Shown: positions 9,559 to 20,260 of the stretch, one piece after another | Position numbering within the stretch: the first letter of the stretch is position 1 | How the letters are laid out: each line of letters starts with the position of its first letter | NCBI GenBank assembly: GCA_041611735.1 | Contig: JBFIML010000017.1 | Coordinates: 386-64,385, forward strand | DNA from: Myxococcota bacterium | Lineage (GTDB): Bacteria; Myxococcota_A; UBA9160; PR03 | Direction of reading: 5' to 3' | DNA: 64,000 nt | The notes under the pieces: model-generated | Seen by the model: only the letters and a program-made list of their open reading frames with translations | What the model was told of the DNA's origin: nothing | The model's database searches: none | Made by a program: the position numbers and the translations under genes

Positions 9559-10893
9559 ATGGCGGGCTTCGCCTCGAGCTGGCGGCAGCGGGTCGCGCGC
9601 TTCCTGGACCGCGACCTGTGGAGGGCCGAGGCGGCGCGGGCCGGCTGGCTGGCCTGGCCGCGGCGCGCGCTCCAGCTGGCGGTGCTGGTGGCCCAGCAGT
9701 TCGTGCGCGACCAGCTCCTGCTGCGGGCCAGCGCGCTCACCTACTACACGGTCCTGTCGCTGATCCCGCTGCTCGCGATCGCGCTCTCCCTGGTGCAGGC
9801 CCTCGGCGTCCGCGAAGACCTCGCGCGCATCATCGTGGACCGCGTGGCGGCCGGCAGCCCGCAGGCCGCCGAGCAGATCGTCGGCATCCTGGATCGCATC
9901 GACTTCTCGGGGCTCGGAACCGTGGGTGCGGCGGTGCTGATCCTCACCACGATCCTGGGCATCAGCAGCATCGAGCGGGCCCTGAACGGCATCTGGGGCA
10001 TCCGCCGCTCCCGCTCCTGGGAGCGGCGCGTGCCCGACTACCTGGCGGTGCTGGTGGTGGCGCCGCTGCTGCTGGGTGTGGCCCTGTCTCTCGGCACGAC
10101 CCTCCAGAGCCAGTCCCTGGTGCGCCACCTGCTCGGCGTGCCCGGCTTCGAGACCGTCTACCGGCTCGGCCTGCGCGAGGCGCCGGTGCTGCTGCTGTGG
10201 GGTGGCTTCGGCTTCCTGTTCTGGTTCCTGCCCAACACCCGGGTCAAGATCTCGTCGGCCCTGCTGGGCGGGATCGTGGCGGCGGTGCTCTTCACCCTGG
10301 CCCAGCGCGCCTATCTGGGCTTCAACGTGGGCGTGGCGCGCTACAACGCACTGTTCGGCAGCCTGGCGGCGCTGCCCCTGCTGCTGGTCTGGATCTACCT
10401 CTCCTGGGTGATCGTGCTGTTCGGCGCCGAGGTGGCCTTCGCGCACCAGCACCTCGGGTACTTCCGCCGCGCGCGCCGTCACGCGGCGCCGGGGGCCGCC
10501 GCGCGCGAGGCGATCGGCCTCGCCCTGGCCGTCCGCATCGCGCGGGCCTTCCGGGAAGGGGAGGGAGGCATCGGGGCGGACGCGCTGGCCGACCAGATGA
10601 ACGCCGCGGCACTCACGGTGCGCGACCTGCTGGGGGACCTGGAGCGCGCGGGCATCGTCGCTCCGCGCGGCGGCGGCGAGGCGGAGAGCTTCCAGCTCGG
10701 GCGGGCCGCCGAGAGCGTCCACGCCGCCGAGGTGCTGCGAGCGCTGCGCGGCGAGCGCGAGCTGCCGGAGGAGCTGGGCGGCGAGGGCAAGGCGGTGAGC
10801 GCCTTGCTCGACGAGGCGGACCGGTGCAGCCGCGAGCCGCTCGAGTCGGTCACCCTGGCCGATCTGGTGGAGCGCGCCGGCGGGGCGCGCTGA
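9559..10893 (+). CDS. YihY/BrkB-family inner-membrane protein with C-terminal winged-helix-like extension
   Basis: RASALTYYTVLSLIP, LPN, YNALFGSLAALPLLLVWIY..FGAE motifs; soluble tail with an HTH-like pattern. Confidence 0.88.
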   Translation: MAGFASSWRQRVARFLDRDLWRAEAARAGWLAWPRRALQLAVLVAQQFVRDQLLLRASALTYYTVLSLIPLLAIALSLVQALGVREDLARIIVDRVAAGSPQAAEQIVGILDRIDFSGLGTVGAAVLILTTILGISSIERALNGIWGIRRSRSWERRVPDYLAVLVVAPLLLGVALSLGTTLQSQSLVRHLLGVPGFETVYRLGLREAPVLLLWGGFGFLFWFLPNTRVKISSALLGGIVAAVLFTLAQRAYLGFNVGVARYNALFGSLAALPLLLVWIYLSWVIVLFGAEVAFAHQHLGYFRRARRHAAPGAAAREAIGLALAVRIARAFREGEGGIGADALADQMNAAALTVRDLLGDLERAGIVAPRGGGEAESFQLGRAAESVHAAEVLRALRGERELPEELGGEGKAVSALLDEADRCSREPLESVTLADLVERAGGAR

Positions 10894-10933
10894 GCCGCCG
10901 GGCGCGACCGGCGACCCCGGATATCCTTGCCCC

Positions 10934-12082
10934 GTGCGCATCTACCTGGACCACAACGCCACCACCCCGCCGCGGGAGGAGGTGCTGGCCGAGGTGGCGC
11001 GGGTGGCCCGCGCGGGCTTCGGCAACCCGAGCAGCCCCCATGCGGACGGGGCGGCGGCCCGGACGGAGCTGGAGCATGCCCGGGAGCGGGTGGCGGCAGC
11101 ACTGGGGGTCGCGGCCAACGAGGTGATCTTCACGTCCGGCGCCACGGAGGCGAACAACCTGGCGCTGCACGGCGTGACCCGCGCCCGACGCGAGCGGGGC
11201 AGCCACCTGGTCACCACGGTTGCCGAGCACCCGTCGGTGCTGGAGCCCCTGGCGGCCCTGGCCGAGGCGGGTTGGCGCGTGACCCACGTTCCGGTGGACG
11301 CGGAGGGGTGCGTGGATCCCGAAGCGCTGGCGGCGGTGCTGCGGCCCGACACGGTCCTCGTCTCGATCCTGTGGGCCAACAACGAGAGCGGCGTGGTACA
11401 GCCCATGGAGCGCCTGGCGGAGCGGGTGCGGGAGCGCGGCATCCCGCTGCACGTGGATGCCACCCAGGCCCTGGGAAAGATCCCGGTGGACCTGGGCCGG
11501 GTTCCCGCAGACCTGCTCTCCGCGTCCGCCCACAAGCTGAACGGGCCGAAGGGAGTCGGCTGCCTGGTGGCGCGGCGGTGGGTGCCGCTGCTTCCCTTCG
11601 TGCGCGGCGGACCCCAGGAGCGCCGTCTGCGGGGCGGAACCCCGAACGTCTCCGGAGCGGCGGGCTTCGGTATCGCCTGCGAGCTGGCGGCCCGGGAGCT
11701 TGCGCAGCGGGCCCGGCGCGACGCCGAGCTGCGCGACCGGCTCTGGGAGGGGATCCGCGCCAAGGTGCCCCGGGTGCGTCGCAACGGAGCCCCGGAATCC
11801 GTGCTGCCCAATACGCTGAACGTCGAGTTCACGGGGGCGGCCGCAGACGTGCTGCTCGAGGCCCTGGATCTCGAGGGGGTCTCGGTCTCGGCGGGCGCGG
11901 CGTGCGCTTCGGGCTCGCTCACCCCTTCCCACGTGCTGGCTGCCATGGGACGCAGCCCCGAGCAGGCCCGGGCCGCCCTGCGCTTCAGCGTGGGTCACGG
12001 CAACGACGAGGCCCAGATCGACCGGGTGCTGACGCTCCTGCCCGAGCTCGTGGCCCGGGCCCGGGCCCCGGGGGCGCCGTGA
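10934..12082 (+). CDS. iscS: cysteine desulfurase (IscS/NifS type I)
   Basis: YLDHNATT, FGNPSS, FTSGATEANN, SAHKLNGPKG, GAACASG. Confidence 0.93.
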   Translation: MRIYLDHNATTPPREEVLAEVARVARAGFGNPSSPHADGAAARTELEHARERVAAALGVAANEVIFTSGATEANNLALHGVTRARRERGSHLVTTVAEHPSVLEPLAALAEAGWRVTHVPVDAEGCVDPEALAAVLRPDTVLVSILWANNESGVVQPMERLAERVRERGIPLHVDATQALGKIPVDLGRVPADLLSASAHKLNGPKGVGCLVARRWVPLLPFVRGGPQERRLRGGTPNVSGAAGFGIACELAARELAQRARRDAELRDRLWEGIRAKVPRVRRNGAPESVLPNTLNVEFTGAAADVLLEALDLEGVSVSAGAACASGSLTPSHVLAAMGRSPEQARAALRFSVGHGNDEAQIDRVLTLLPELVARARAPGAP

Positions 12083-13146
12083 GGGAACGGGTGGTGGCGG
12101 CCCTCTCGGGCGGCGTGGACTCCTCGGTGGCCGCGGCGTGTCTCGTGGAGCAGGGCTACGACGTGGTGGGGGTGACCCTGCACCTGGCGGGCGACGCCTC
12201 GCGTTGCTGCTCCCTCGAGGACGCGGACGACGCGCGGCGCGTGGCCGAGCGACTCGGCATCCGCTTCTACGTGGCCAACTACACCGAGCGCTTCCGGAGC
12301 GAGGTGATCGAGCCCTTCGCCGACGCCTACCTGGCGGGCCGCACCCCGATCCCCTGCGTGGGCTGCAACCGTCGCTTCAAGTTCCGCCATCTGCTGGACC
12401 GGGCCACGGCCCTGGGCGCGCGTGCCGTGGCCACCGGCCACTACGCGCGCATCGATGCGGACCCGATCACGGGGAGGCGCCGGCTGCTGCGCGGCGCGGA
12501 CGCGGCCAAGGACCAGTCCTACTTCCTGTTCGATCTGGACCAGGCCCGCCTGGCGCGCATCCGCTTTCCGGTGGGCGACCTGGCCAAGGGCGAGGTGCGC
12601 GAGCGGGCTCGCGCCCTGGGGCTTGCCACCGCCGACAAGCCCGAGAGCCAGGAGATCTGCTTCGTTCCCGACGGCGACTACGCGCGGGTGGTGGAGCGGA
12701 TGCGGCCGGAGCGCCTGCCCGGAGCCGGGGAGATCGTGGACGAGGCGGGGCGCGTGCTGGGACGCCACGCGGGCGTGCACCGCTTCACCGTGGGGCAGCG
12801 CCGCGGGCTCGGCGTCGCCTCCGACCGGCGCCTCTACGTGAAGCGCATCGACGCCGCGCGCAACCGGGTGGTGGTGGGGGACGCCGCCGCCCTGCGGGCC
12901 GACGCGGCGGAGCTCGAAGGCGTCTGCTGGGTGGCCGGCACGCCCCCGGACGAGCCCATCGCAGCGCGCGTCCAGGTGCGCCACCGGCATGCCGGTGTCC
13001 GGGCCCGCATCGAGCCCCGTGCGGAGGCACGCGCCCGCGTGCACTTCGAGGAGCCGGTGGCCGCGGTGGCGCCGGGCCAGGCGGCGGTCTTCTACGACGG
13101 GGACGTGGTGCTCGGCGGGGGGTGGATCGTGGGCAACGCCCCGTGA
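12079..13146 (+). CDS. mnmA: tRNA 2-thiouridylase
   Basis: SGGVDS, TPIPCVGCN, ATGHYA, KDQSYFL, ESQEICF, TVGQRRG, PGQAAVFY. Confidence 0.96.
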   Translation: MRERVVAALSGGVDSSVAAACLVEQGYDVVGVTLHLAGDASRCCSLEDADDARRVAERLGIRFYVANYTERFRSEVIEPFADAYLAGRTPIPCVGCNRRFKFRHLLDRATALGARAVATGHYARIDADPITGRRRLLRGADAAKDQSYFLFDLDQARLARIRFPVGDLAKGEVRERARALGLATADKPESQEICFVPDGDYARVVERMRPERLPGAGEIVDEAGRVLGRHAGVHRFTVGQRRGLGVASDRRLYVKRIDAARNRVVVGDAAALRADAAELEGVCWVAGTPPDEPIAARVQVRHRHAGVRARIEPRAEARARVHFEEPVAAVAPGQAAVFYDGDVVLGGGWIVGNAP

Positions 13147-13844
13147 GCGGGGTGCGTGCGGAGGCGGCGCTCGAGGAGGCCCTCGGGCACCACTTCGAGG
13201 AGCCGGACCGGCTGGCACTCGCGCTCACGCACCCCTCCCAGGCCCACGAGATCGATGGCAGCCGCGGCAACGAGCGCCTCGAGTTCCTGGGCGACGCGGT
13301 GCTGGACCTGGTGGTGACGCGGCTGCTCTACGACGCGCACCCGAGCTGGCGCGAAGGGGACCTGACGCGCGCGCGCGCAGCGCTGGTGAACACGCGCTCG
13401 CTGGCCGCCCGCGCCCGGGAGCTCGACCTCGGGGTCCGGGCGCGCCTCGGACGCACCGAGGCGCGCAGCGGCGGAGCCGAGAAGAACCGCATCCTGGCCA
13501 ACCTGTTCGAGGCCGTGCTCGGTGCCCTCTACCTGGACGGGGGCCTCGCGCCGGTGGAACAGCTGGCGCGGCGCCTGTTCGCGGACGCGCTCGTGACCGG
13601 GTCCCCGCCGCTGCCCCGGGACCCGAAGACGGGCTTCCAGGAGTGGGCCCATGCCGCGCGCCAGCCGACACCGCGCTATCGGACCCTGCGCGACTCGGGC
13701 GTCGAGAACGACGAGGAGCGTTTCGAGGTGGAGGTGCGCCTGGGCGAGGAGATCTGGGGACGCGGGTGCGGCCGCACCAAGCGGCACGCCGAGCGCGCGG
13801 CCGCCGAGGCGGCCCTGCGCCGGGCGGATCCCGGGCCGCGCTGA
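13143..13844 (+). CDS. rnc: ribonuclease III
   Basis: NERLEFLGDAVL signature, FEAVLGALYLDGG, C-terminal dsRBD. Confidence 0.97.
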   Translation: MSGVRAEAALEEALGHHFEEPDRLALALTHPSQAHEIDGSRGNERLEFLGDAVLDLVVTRLLYDAHPSWREGDLTRARAALVNTRSLAARARELDLGVRARLGRTEARSGGAEKNRILANLFEAVLGALYLDGGLAPVEQLARRLFADALVTGSPPLPRDPKTGFQEWAHAARQPTPRYRTLRDSGVENDEERFEVEVRLGEEIWGRGCGRTKRHAERAAAEAALRRADPGPR

Positions 13845-13849
13845 GCGCC

Positions 13850-14212
13850 TCAGCCCAGGATGCCGCGGATCTCTCCGATCAGCTCCTCCGGGTCCACGGG
13901 CTTCTCGAAGAACCCGGTGGCTCCCGCGTCGAGCGCGCGCTGCCTCACCTTCTCGTCCCACGCCGTCACCACCAGGATCGGGATGTGGGAGAGCTGGGTG
14001 TGCTTGTGGAGGCGGTCGAGGACGCTGAAACCGTCCCCTGCCGGGAGCCCGAGATCGAGCAGGATCACGTCCGGCTCCTCCTTGCGCGCGGCCGACACGG
14101 CGCCGAGGCCGTCCTCCGCGAACACCACGTGAAAACCCGCGTTGCGCAGCTTCTGGTTGAGCAGCCGCTGGAAGCGGCGGTCGTCATCCACCAAGAGGAC
14201 CTTGTGCGTCAC
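13850..14212 (-). CDS. single-domain response regulator (receiver)
   Basis: LLVDDD, ILLDLGLP with phospho-Asp, VVTA, FEKP. Confidence 0.92.
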   Translation of the reverse strand: MTHKVLLVDDDRRFQRLLNQKLRNAGFHVVFAEDGLGAVSAARKEEPDVILLDLGLPAGDGFSVLDRLHKHTQLSHIPILVVTAWDEKVRQRALDAGATGFFEKPVDPEELIGEIRGILG

Positions 14213-14257
14213 CTTGCCTACCCCCCTCCGAGACGTCCCAGGGCGCCCCGGCCCGGC

Positions 14258-16156
<1,899 letters not shown>

Positions 16157-16254
16157 CTCCCCTCCGGGCCCCGGGACAGGCGGGTCCCCCGCGGGCGCGT
16201 GCTCCCCTGCGGGTATCGGATTGCGGCAGGCGGACTTGAGGCGCGGAGGCGCGT

Positions 16255-17145
16255 GTGGCTGGAGTGAGGGGTGTGCACCGCTGCGGCGTGGTGGCCCTGC
16301 TGGGACTGCCCAACGCGGGCAAGTCGACGCTGCTCAACCGTCTGCTCGGGGAGAAGCTCGCCATCGTCACGCCCAAGGCGCAGACCACCCGCAGCCGGCT
16401 GCTCGGCATCCTCAGCTTGCGGGACGCGCAGATCCTCCTGCACGACACGCCGGGGCTGCTGCGGGGCGAGCGTCCCCTGGACCGGGCCATGCGGGAGGCG
16501 GTGCAGGAGGCGGCCCGCGATTGCGACGTGGCGGTGCTCCTGGTGGACCCCGCCCGGGGCTGGAGCGAGCTGCAGGCGGCCTGGCTCGAGCGGCTCGCCG
16601 ATGCGGAGCGGCCGGTGCTGCTGGTGGCCAGCAAGGTGGACCAGCAGCGGGCCGCCCGGGCTCCGTGGCCGCCGCCGGGGGCGGAGCGGGCGGCGGCGGT
16701 GCTGCGCATCTCGGCCCGCAGCGGGGAGGGGATCGACGCGCTCCTGGAAGCGCTGCGGACGCACCTGCCCCCTGGGCCGGCCCTCTACCCGGAGGACCAG
16801 CTCACGGATCGGTCGCTGCGCTTCCTGGCCGCCGAGTCGGTGCGCGAGTCCGCCTTCGAGGCCCTGGCCGAGGAGCTGCCCTACGCCCTGGCGGTGGAGG
16901 TGACCGAGTTCGACGAGTCGCGTGCGGAGCTCGTGCGCATCCGGGCGAACCTGCTCGTGCGGCGCGACTCCCAGAAGCGCATCGTGGTGGGGGCGGGCGG
17001 GGCGAAGATCAAGCAGATCGGGATCCGGGCGCGGCTCGACCTGGAGCGGCTCCTGGGCCGCCGCGTGCACCTGGCGCTGTGGGTCAAGGTGGACCCCGCC
17101 TGGGCGAAGCGGCCCCAGCGTCTGCGGGCGCTCGGCTACCACTGA
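16255..17145 (+). CDS. era: GTPase Era
   Basis: GLPNAGKSTL, QTTR, DTPG, KH domain (ELPY, SQKRIVVG, LWVKV). Confidence 0.96.
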   Translation: MAGVRGVHRCGVVALLGLPNAGKSTLLNRLLGEKLAIVTPKAQTTRSRLLGILSLRDAQILLHDTPGLLRGERPLDRAMREAVQEAARDCDVAVLLVDPARGWSELQAAWLERLADAERPVLLVASKVDQQRAARAPWPPPGAERAAAVLRISARSGEGIDALLEALRTHLPPGPALYPEDQLTDRSLRFLAAESVRESAFEALAEELPYALAVEVTEFDESRAELVRIRANLLVRRDSQKRIVVGAGGAKIKQIGIRARLDLERLLGRRVHLALWVKVDPAWAKRPQRLRALGYH

Positions 17146-17159
17146 GCCGCCCCGCCGCG

Positions 17160-17187
17160 TTGACTGCGGGCGTCTTGATCGTGTAAT
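17160..17187 (+). promoter_or_regulatory. possible sigma70 promoter of the thiolase operon
   Basis: TTGACT-N16-TGTAAT in the era-thiolase gap. Confidence 0.4.
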
Positions 17188-17257
17188 GTCGCAGGGTTAC
17201 GCGGGCCCCGGCCCCAACGGTCCGGTGCAGGCCCCACCACCCGACCCGAGGAGAGCC

Positions 17258-18451
17258 ATGAGTCCCAAGTCCGCTCCGGACGTGGTCATCGCGAGTGCCG
17301 TCCGCACCCCCATCGGCAGCTTCCAGGGCGCCTTCGCCCCGCTCTCCGCCTCGGACCTCGGCGCCCTGGCGGTGAAGGAGGCGGTGAGGCGCGCCGGCGC
17401 ACGGCCCGAGCAGATCGAGCGCGTCTACATGGGCTGCGTGCTCCCGGCCGGGATGGGCCAGGCGCCCGCCCGGCAGTGCGTGATCAAGGCGGAGCTGCCC
17501 GTCTCCACCGAGGCCGTCACGATCAACAAGGTGTGCGGATCGGGGCTCCAGGCCGTGATGTTCGCCCGGCGTGAGATCCTGATCGGCGACGCCGAGGTGC
17601 TGCTGGCCGGGGGCATGGAGTCCATGACCAACGCGCCCTACCTGCTGCCCAAGGCGCGCAGCGGCTACCGCATGGGCAACGGCGAGATCATCGACTCGAT
17701 GATTTACGACGGCCTCTGGGACCCCTACGACGACTGCCACATGGGCAACTGCGGTGACCTGGTGGCGGAGAAGTACGGCTTCACGCGGGAGGACCAGGAC
17801 CGCTTCGCACGGACCAGCTACGAGCGGGCGCAAGCGTCCCAGAAGGAGGGCCGTTTCAAGCAGGAGATCGTCCCGGTGGCGGTTCCCCAGCGCAAGGGCG
17901 AGCCCCTGCTGGTGGACGAGGACGAGGACCCCAAGCGGATCGACCTCGAGAAGATGTCGCGCCTGCGTCCGGCCTTCTCCAAGACCGGCACCGTCACCGC
18001 GGCGAACGCCTCCAGCCTGAACGACGGCGCTGCGGCCCTGGTGGTGGCGTCGGCGGCCGCCGCCGAACGCCACGGCTATCCGAAGCTGGCGCGCATCGTG
18101 GGCGACGCCAGCGCGGCGGTTGAGCCCAAGTGGTTCACCCTCGCTCCGGTGGAGGCGCTGCGGAGGCTCTACGAGAAGACCGGCAGCAAGCCCGGCGACT
18201 GGGACCTCTACGAGATCAACGAGGCTTTTGCGGGCGTCACCATGGCTGCCATGAAGGAGCACGGCCTGGACGCGGAGCGGGTCAACGTGAACGGCGGCGC
18301 GGTCTCCCTGGGGCACCCCATCGGCTGCTCCGGCGCGCGCGTCCTCGTCACCCTCCTGCATGCCCTGCGCGACCGCAAGAAGAAGCGCGGCATCGCGACC
18401 CTCTGCATCGGAGGCGGCGAGGCGGTGGCCCTCGCCGTCGAGACGCTCTAG
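17258..18451 (+). CDS. acetyl-CoA C-acetyltransferase (thiolase)
   Basis: NKVCGSG, GGMESM, NEAFA, GHPIGCSG, LCIGGG; GAGGAG SD. Confidence 0.96.
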   Translation: MSPKSAPDVVIASAVRTPIGSFQGAFAPLSASDLGALAVKEAVRRAGARPEQIERVYMGCVLPAGMGQAPARQCVIKAELPVSTEAVTINKVCGSGLQAVMFARREILIGDAEVLLAGGMESMTNAPYLLPKARSGYRMGNGEIIDSMIYDGLWDPYDDCHMGNCGDLVAEKYGFTREDQDRFARTSYERAQASQKEGRFKQEIVPVAVPQRKGEPLLVDEDEDPKRIDLEKMSRLRPAFSKTGTVTAANASSLNDGAAALVVASAAAAERHGYPKLARIVGDASAAVEPKWFTLAPVEALRRLYEKTGSKPGDWDLYEINEAFAGVTMAAMKEHGLDAERVNVNGGAVSLGHPIGCSGARVLVTLLHALRDRKKKRGIATLCIGGGEAVALAVETL

Positions 18452-18453
18452 CC

Positions 18454-19308
18454 GTGCCGATCCGCACCCTCGGCCTGATCGGCACCGGAACCATGGGTTG
18501 CGGCATCGCCCAGGTGGCGGCCCAGGCCGGGATCCAGGTGCTGTTCCAGAACCGCCGCCAGGAGTCGGTGGACCGCGGCCTCCGGCAGGTGCGCAAGTCC
18601 CTGGAGCGGCTCGTAGCCAAGCAGAAGCTCACCCAGAGCCAGGCCGAGGAGGCGCTCGCCCGCATCCGCGGTGTGGTGCCCCTCCAGGATCTCAAGGTCT
18701 GCGAGGTGGTGATCGAGTCGGCCCCGGAGATCGAGGAGACCAAGCGCAACATCCTGCTGGAGCTCGACGAGATCCTGGGCGAGGACACGATCCTGGCCAC
18801 GAACACCTCCAGCCTGTCGGTCACCAAGCTGGCCTCCTTCACCAGCCGGCCGGGCCACTTCGTGGGCATGCACTTCTTCAACCCCGTGCCGGTCATGAAG
18901 CTGGTGGAGCTGGTGCGGGGCATGCGCACCAGCGATGCCACCGCCGGGGTGGCGCGCGAGCTGGCGGAGCGGCTCGGCAAGGTGCCCATCGAGGTGCGCG
19001 ACCGGCCGGGCTTCGTGGTGAACCGGGTGCTCTTCCCGATGATCAACGAGGCCGCCTTCGCGCTGCAGGAGGGCGTGGCCGCTCCCGAGGGCATCGACGA
19101 GTGCATGAAGCTCGGCTGCAACCATCCCATGGGCCCCCTGGCCCTGGCGGACCTCGTCGGCCTCGACGTGGTGTACGCGATCCTGGACAGCCTGCATCGC
19201 GAGTACGGCGAGCCGCGCTACGCCCCGTGCCTCGAGATCAAGAAGCGGGTGGAGGCGGGCTGGCTCGGCCGCAAGGCGGGGCGCGGTTTCTACACCTACG
19301 AGAAGTAG
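18454..19308 (+). CDS. hbd: 3-hydroxybutyryl/3-hydroxyacyl-CoA dehydrogenase
   Basis: GTGTMG Rossmann motif, TNTSS, GMHFFNP, HPMGP, GRKAGRGFY. Confidence 0.93.
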   Translation: MPIRTLGLIGTGTMGCGIAQVAAQAGIQVLFQNRRQESVDRGLRQVRKSLERLVAKQKLTQSQAEEALARIRGVVPLQDLKVCEVVIESAPEIEETKRNILLELDEILGEDTILATNTSSLSVTKLASFTSRPGHFVGMHFFNPVPVMKLVELVRGMRTSDATAGVARELAERLGKVPIEVRDRPGFVVNRVLFPMINEAAFALQEGVAAPEGIDECMKLGCNHPMGPLALADLVGLDVVYAILDSLHREYGEPRYAPCLEIKKRVEAGWLGRKAGRGFYTYEK

Positions 19309-19315
19309 CGGGGCC

Positions 19316-20260
19316 ATGGCCGGCGTCGGGACTTCGGGCGCCAGGGATGTGGTGGTGTACGAGGTGGGGCCGCGCGACGGGCTCCAGAACGAGCCCGAAG
19401 CGGTGCCCACCGACGCCAAGGTCGCCCTGGTGGAGCGGCTGGCCCACGCGGGGCTGGCGCGCATCGAGCTCACCTCCTTCGTCTCCCCCCGCTGGATCCC
19501 CCAGCTCGCCGATGCCGACGCGCTGTGTGGCCGGGTGGCGCGCCTTCCGGGCGTGACCTACAGCGCCCTCGTGCCCAACGAGCGCGGCTACGAACGTCTG
19601 CGCGCGGCCCGCCTCCCGGTGGCGGCCTTCTTCGTCTCCGCCAGCGAGACCCACAACCGCAAGAACGTGAACCGCGGCGTCGCCGAGCACCTGGCGGGCT
19701 TCCGCCCCGTGGCCGAGCGGGCCCGGGCCGACGGGGTCCGGCTGCGCGCCTACGTCTCCACGGTGTGCGGCTGCCCCTACCAGGGCCCCGTGTCGGTGAC
19801 GGCCGTGGTGGGGCTGGTGCGCGAGCTCGTGGCCCTGGGTGTGGACGAGATCTCGCTGGGCGACACGATCGGCGTGGGGCACCCGGCCCAGGTGCGCGAG
19901 CTCGTGCGGGCGGTGGGCGACGTGTGCCCGCTCGCGCGCGTGGCCCTGCACCTGCACGACACCTACGGGCGGGCGCTGGCCAACGTGCAGGCCGGCTTTG
20001 AGGCCGGGATCCGGACCTTCGATGCCTCCGTCGGCGGCCTGGGCGGCTGTCCCTACGCACCCGGCGCCACGGGCAACGTGGCCACCGAGGACGTGGTGGA
20101 CCTGTTCCGGTGCGCGGGCCTGCGCACGGGCATCGATCTCGACGCGCTGGTGGATGCCACCGCCTGGCTCGAGCGCGACGTCCTGAAGCGGACGCTGCCG
20201 GGCCGCGTCTACCGCGCCCGGCTCGGCGCCCGGGCCCGCCAGCAGGAGGGCCGGGCATGA
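19316..20260 (+). CDS. hydroxymethylglutaryl-CoA lyase
   Basis: EVGPRDGLQNE, DTIG, HLHDTYG, GLGGCPYAPGATGN. Confidence 0.95.
   Translation: MAGVGTSGARDVVVYEVGPRDGLQNEPEAVPTDAKVALVERLAHAGLARIELTSFVSPRWIPQLADADALCGRVARLPGVTYSALVPNERGYERLRAARLPVAAFFVSASETHNRKNVNRGVAEHLAGFRPVAERARADGVRLRAYVSTVCGCPYQGPVSVTAVVGLVRELVALGVDEISLGDTIGVGHPAQVRELVRAVGDVCPLARVALHLHDTYGRALANVQAGFEAGIRTFDASVGGLGGCPYAPGATGNVATEDVVDLFRCAGLRTGIDLDALVDATAWLERDVLKRTLPGRVYRARLGARARQQEGRA

Noticed and set aside
17183-17200. GTAA-N10-TTAC dyad upstream of the thiolase
   Set aside because: Only 4-bp arms and no match to the LiuR-like site; could be chance
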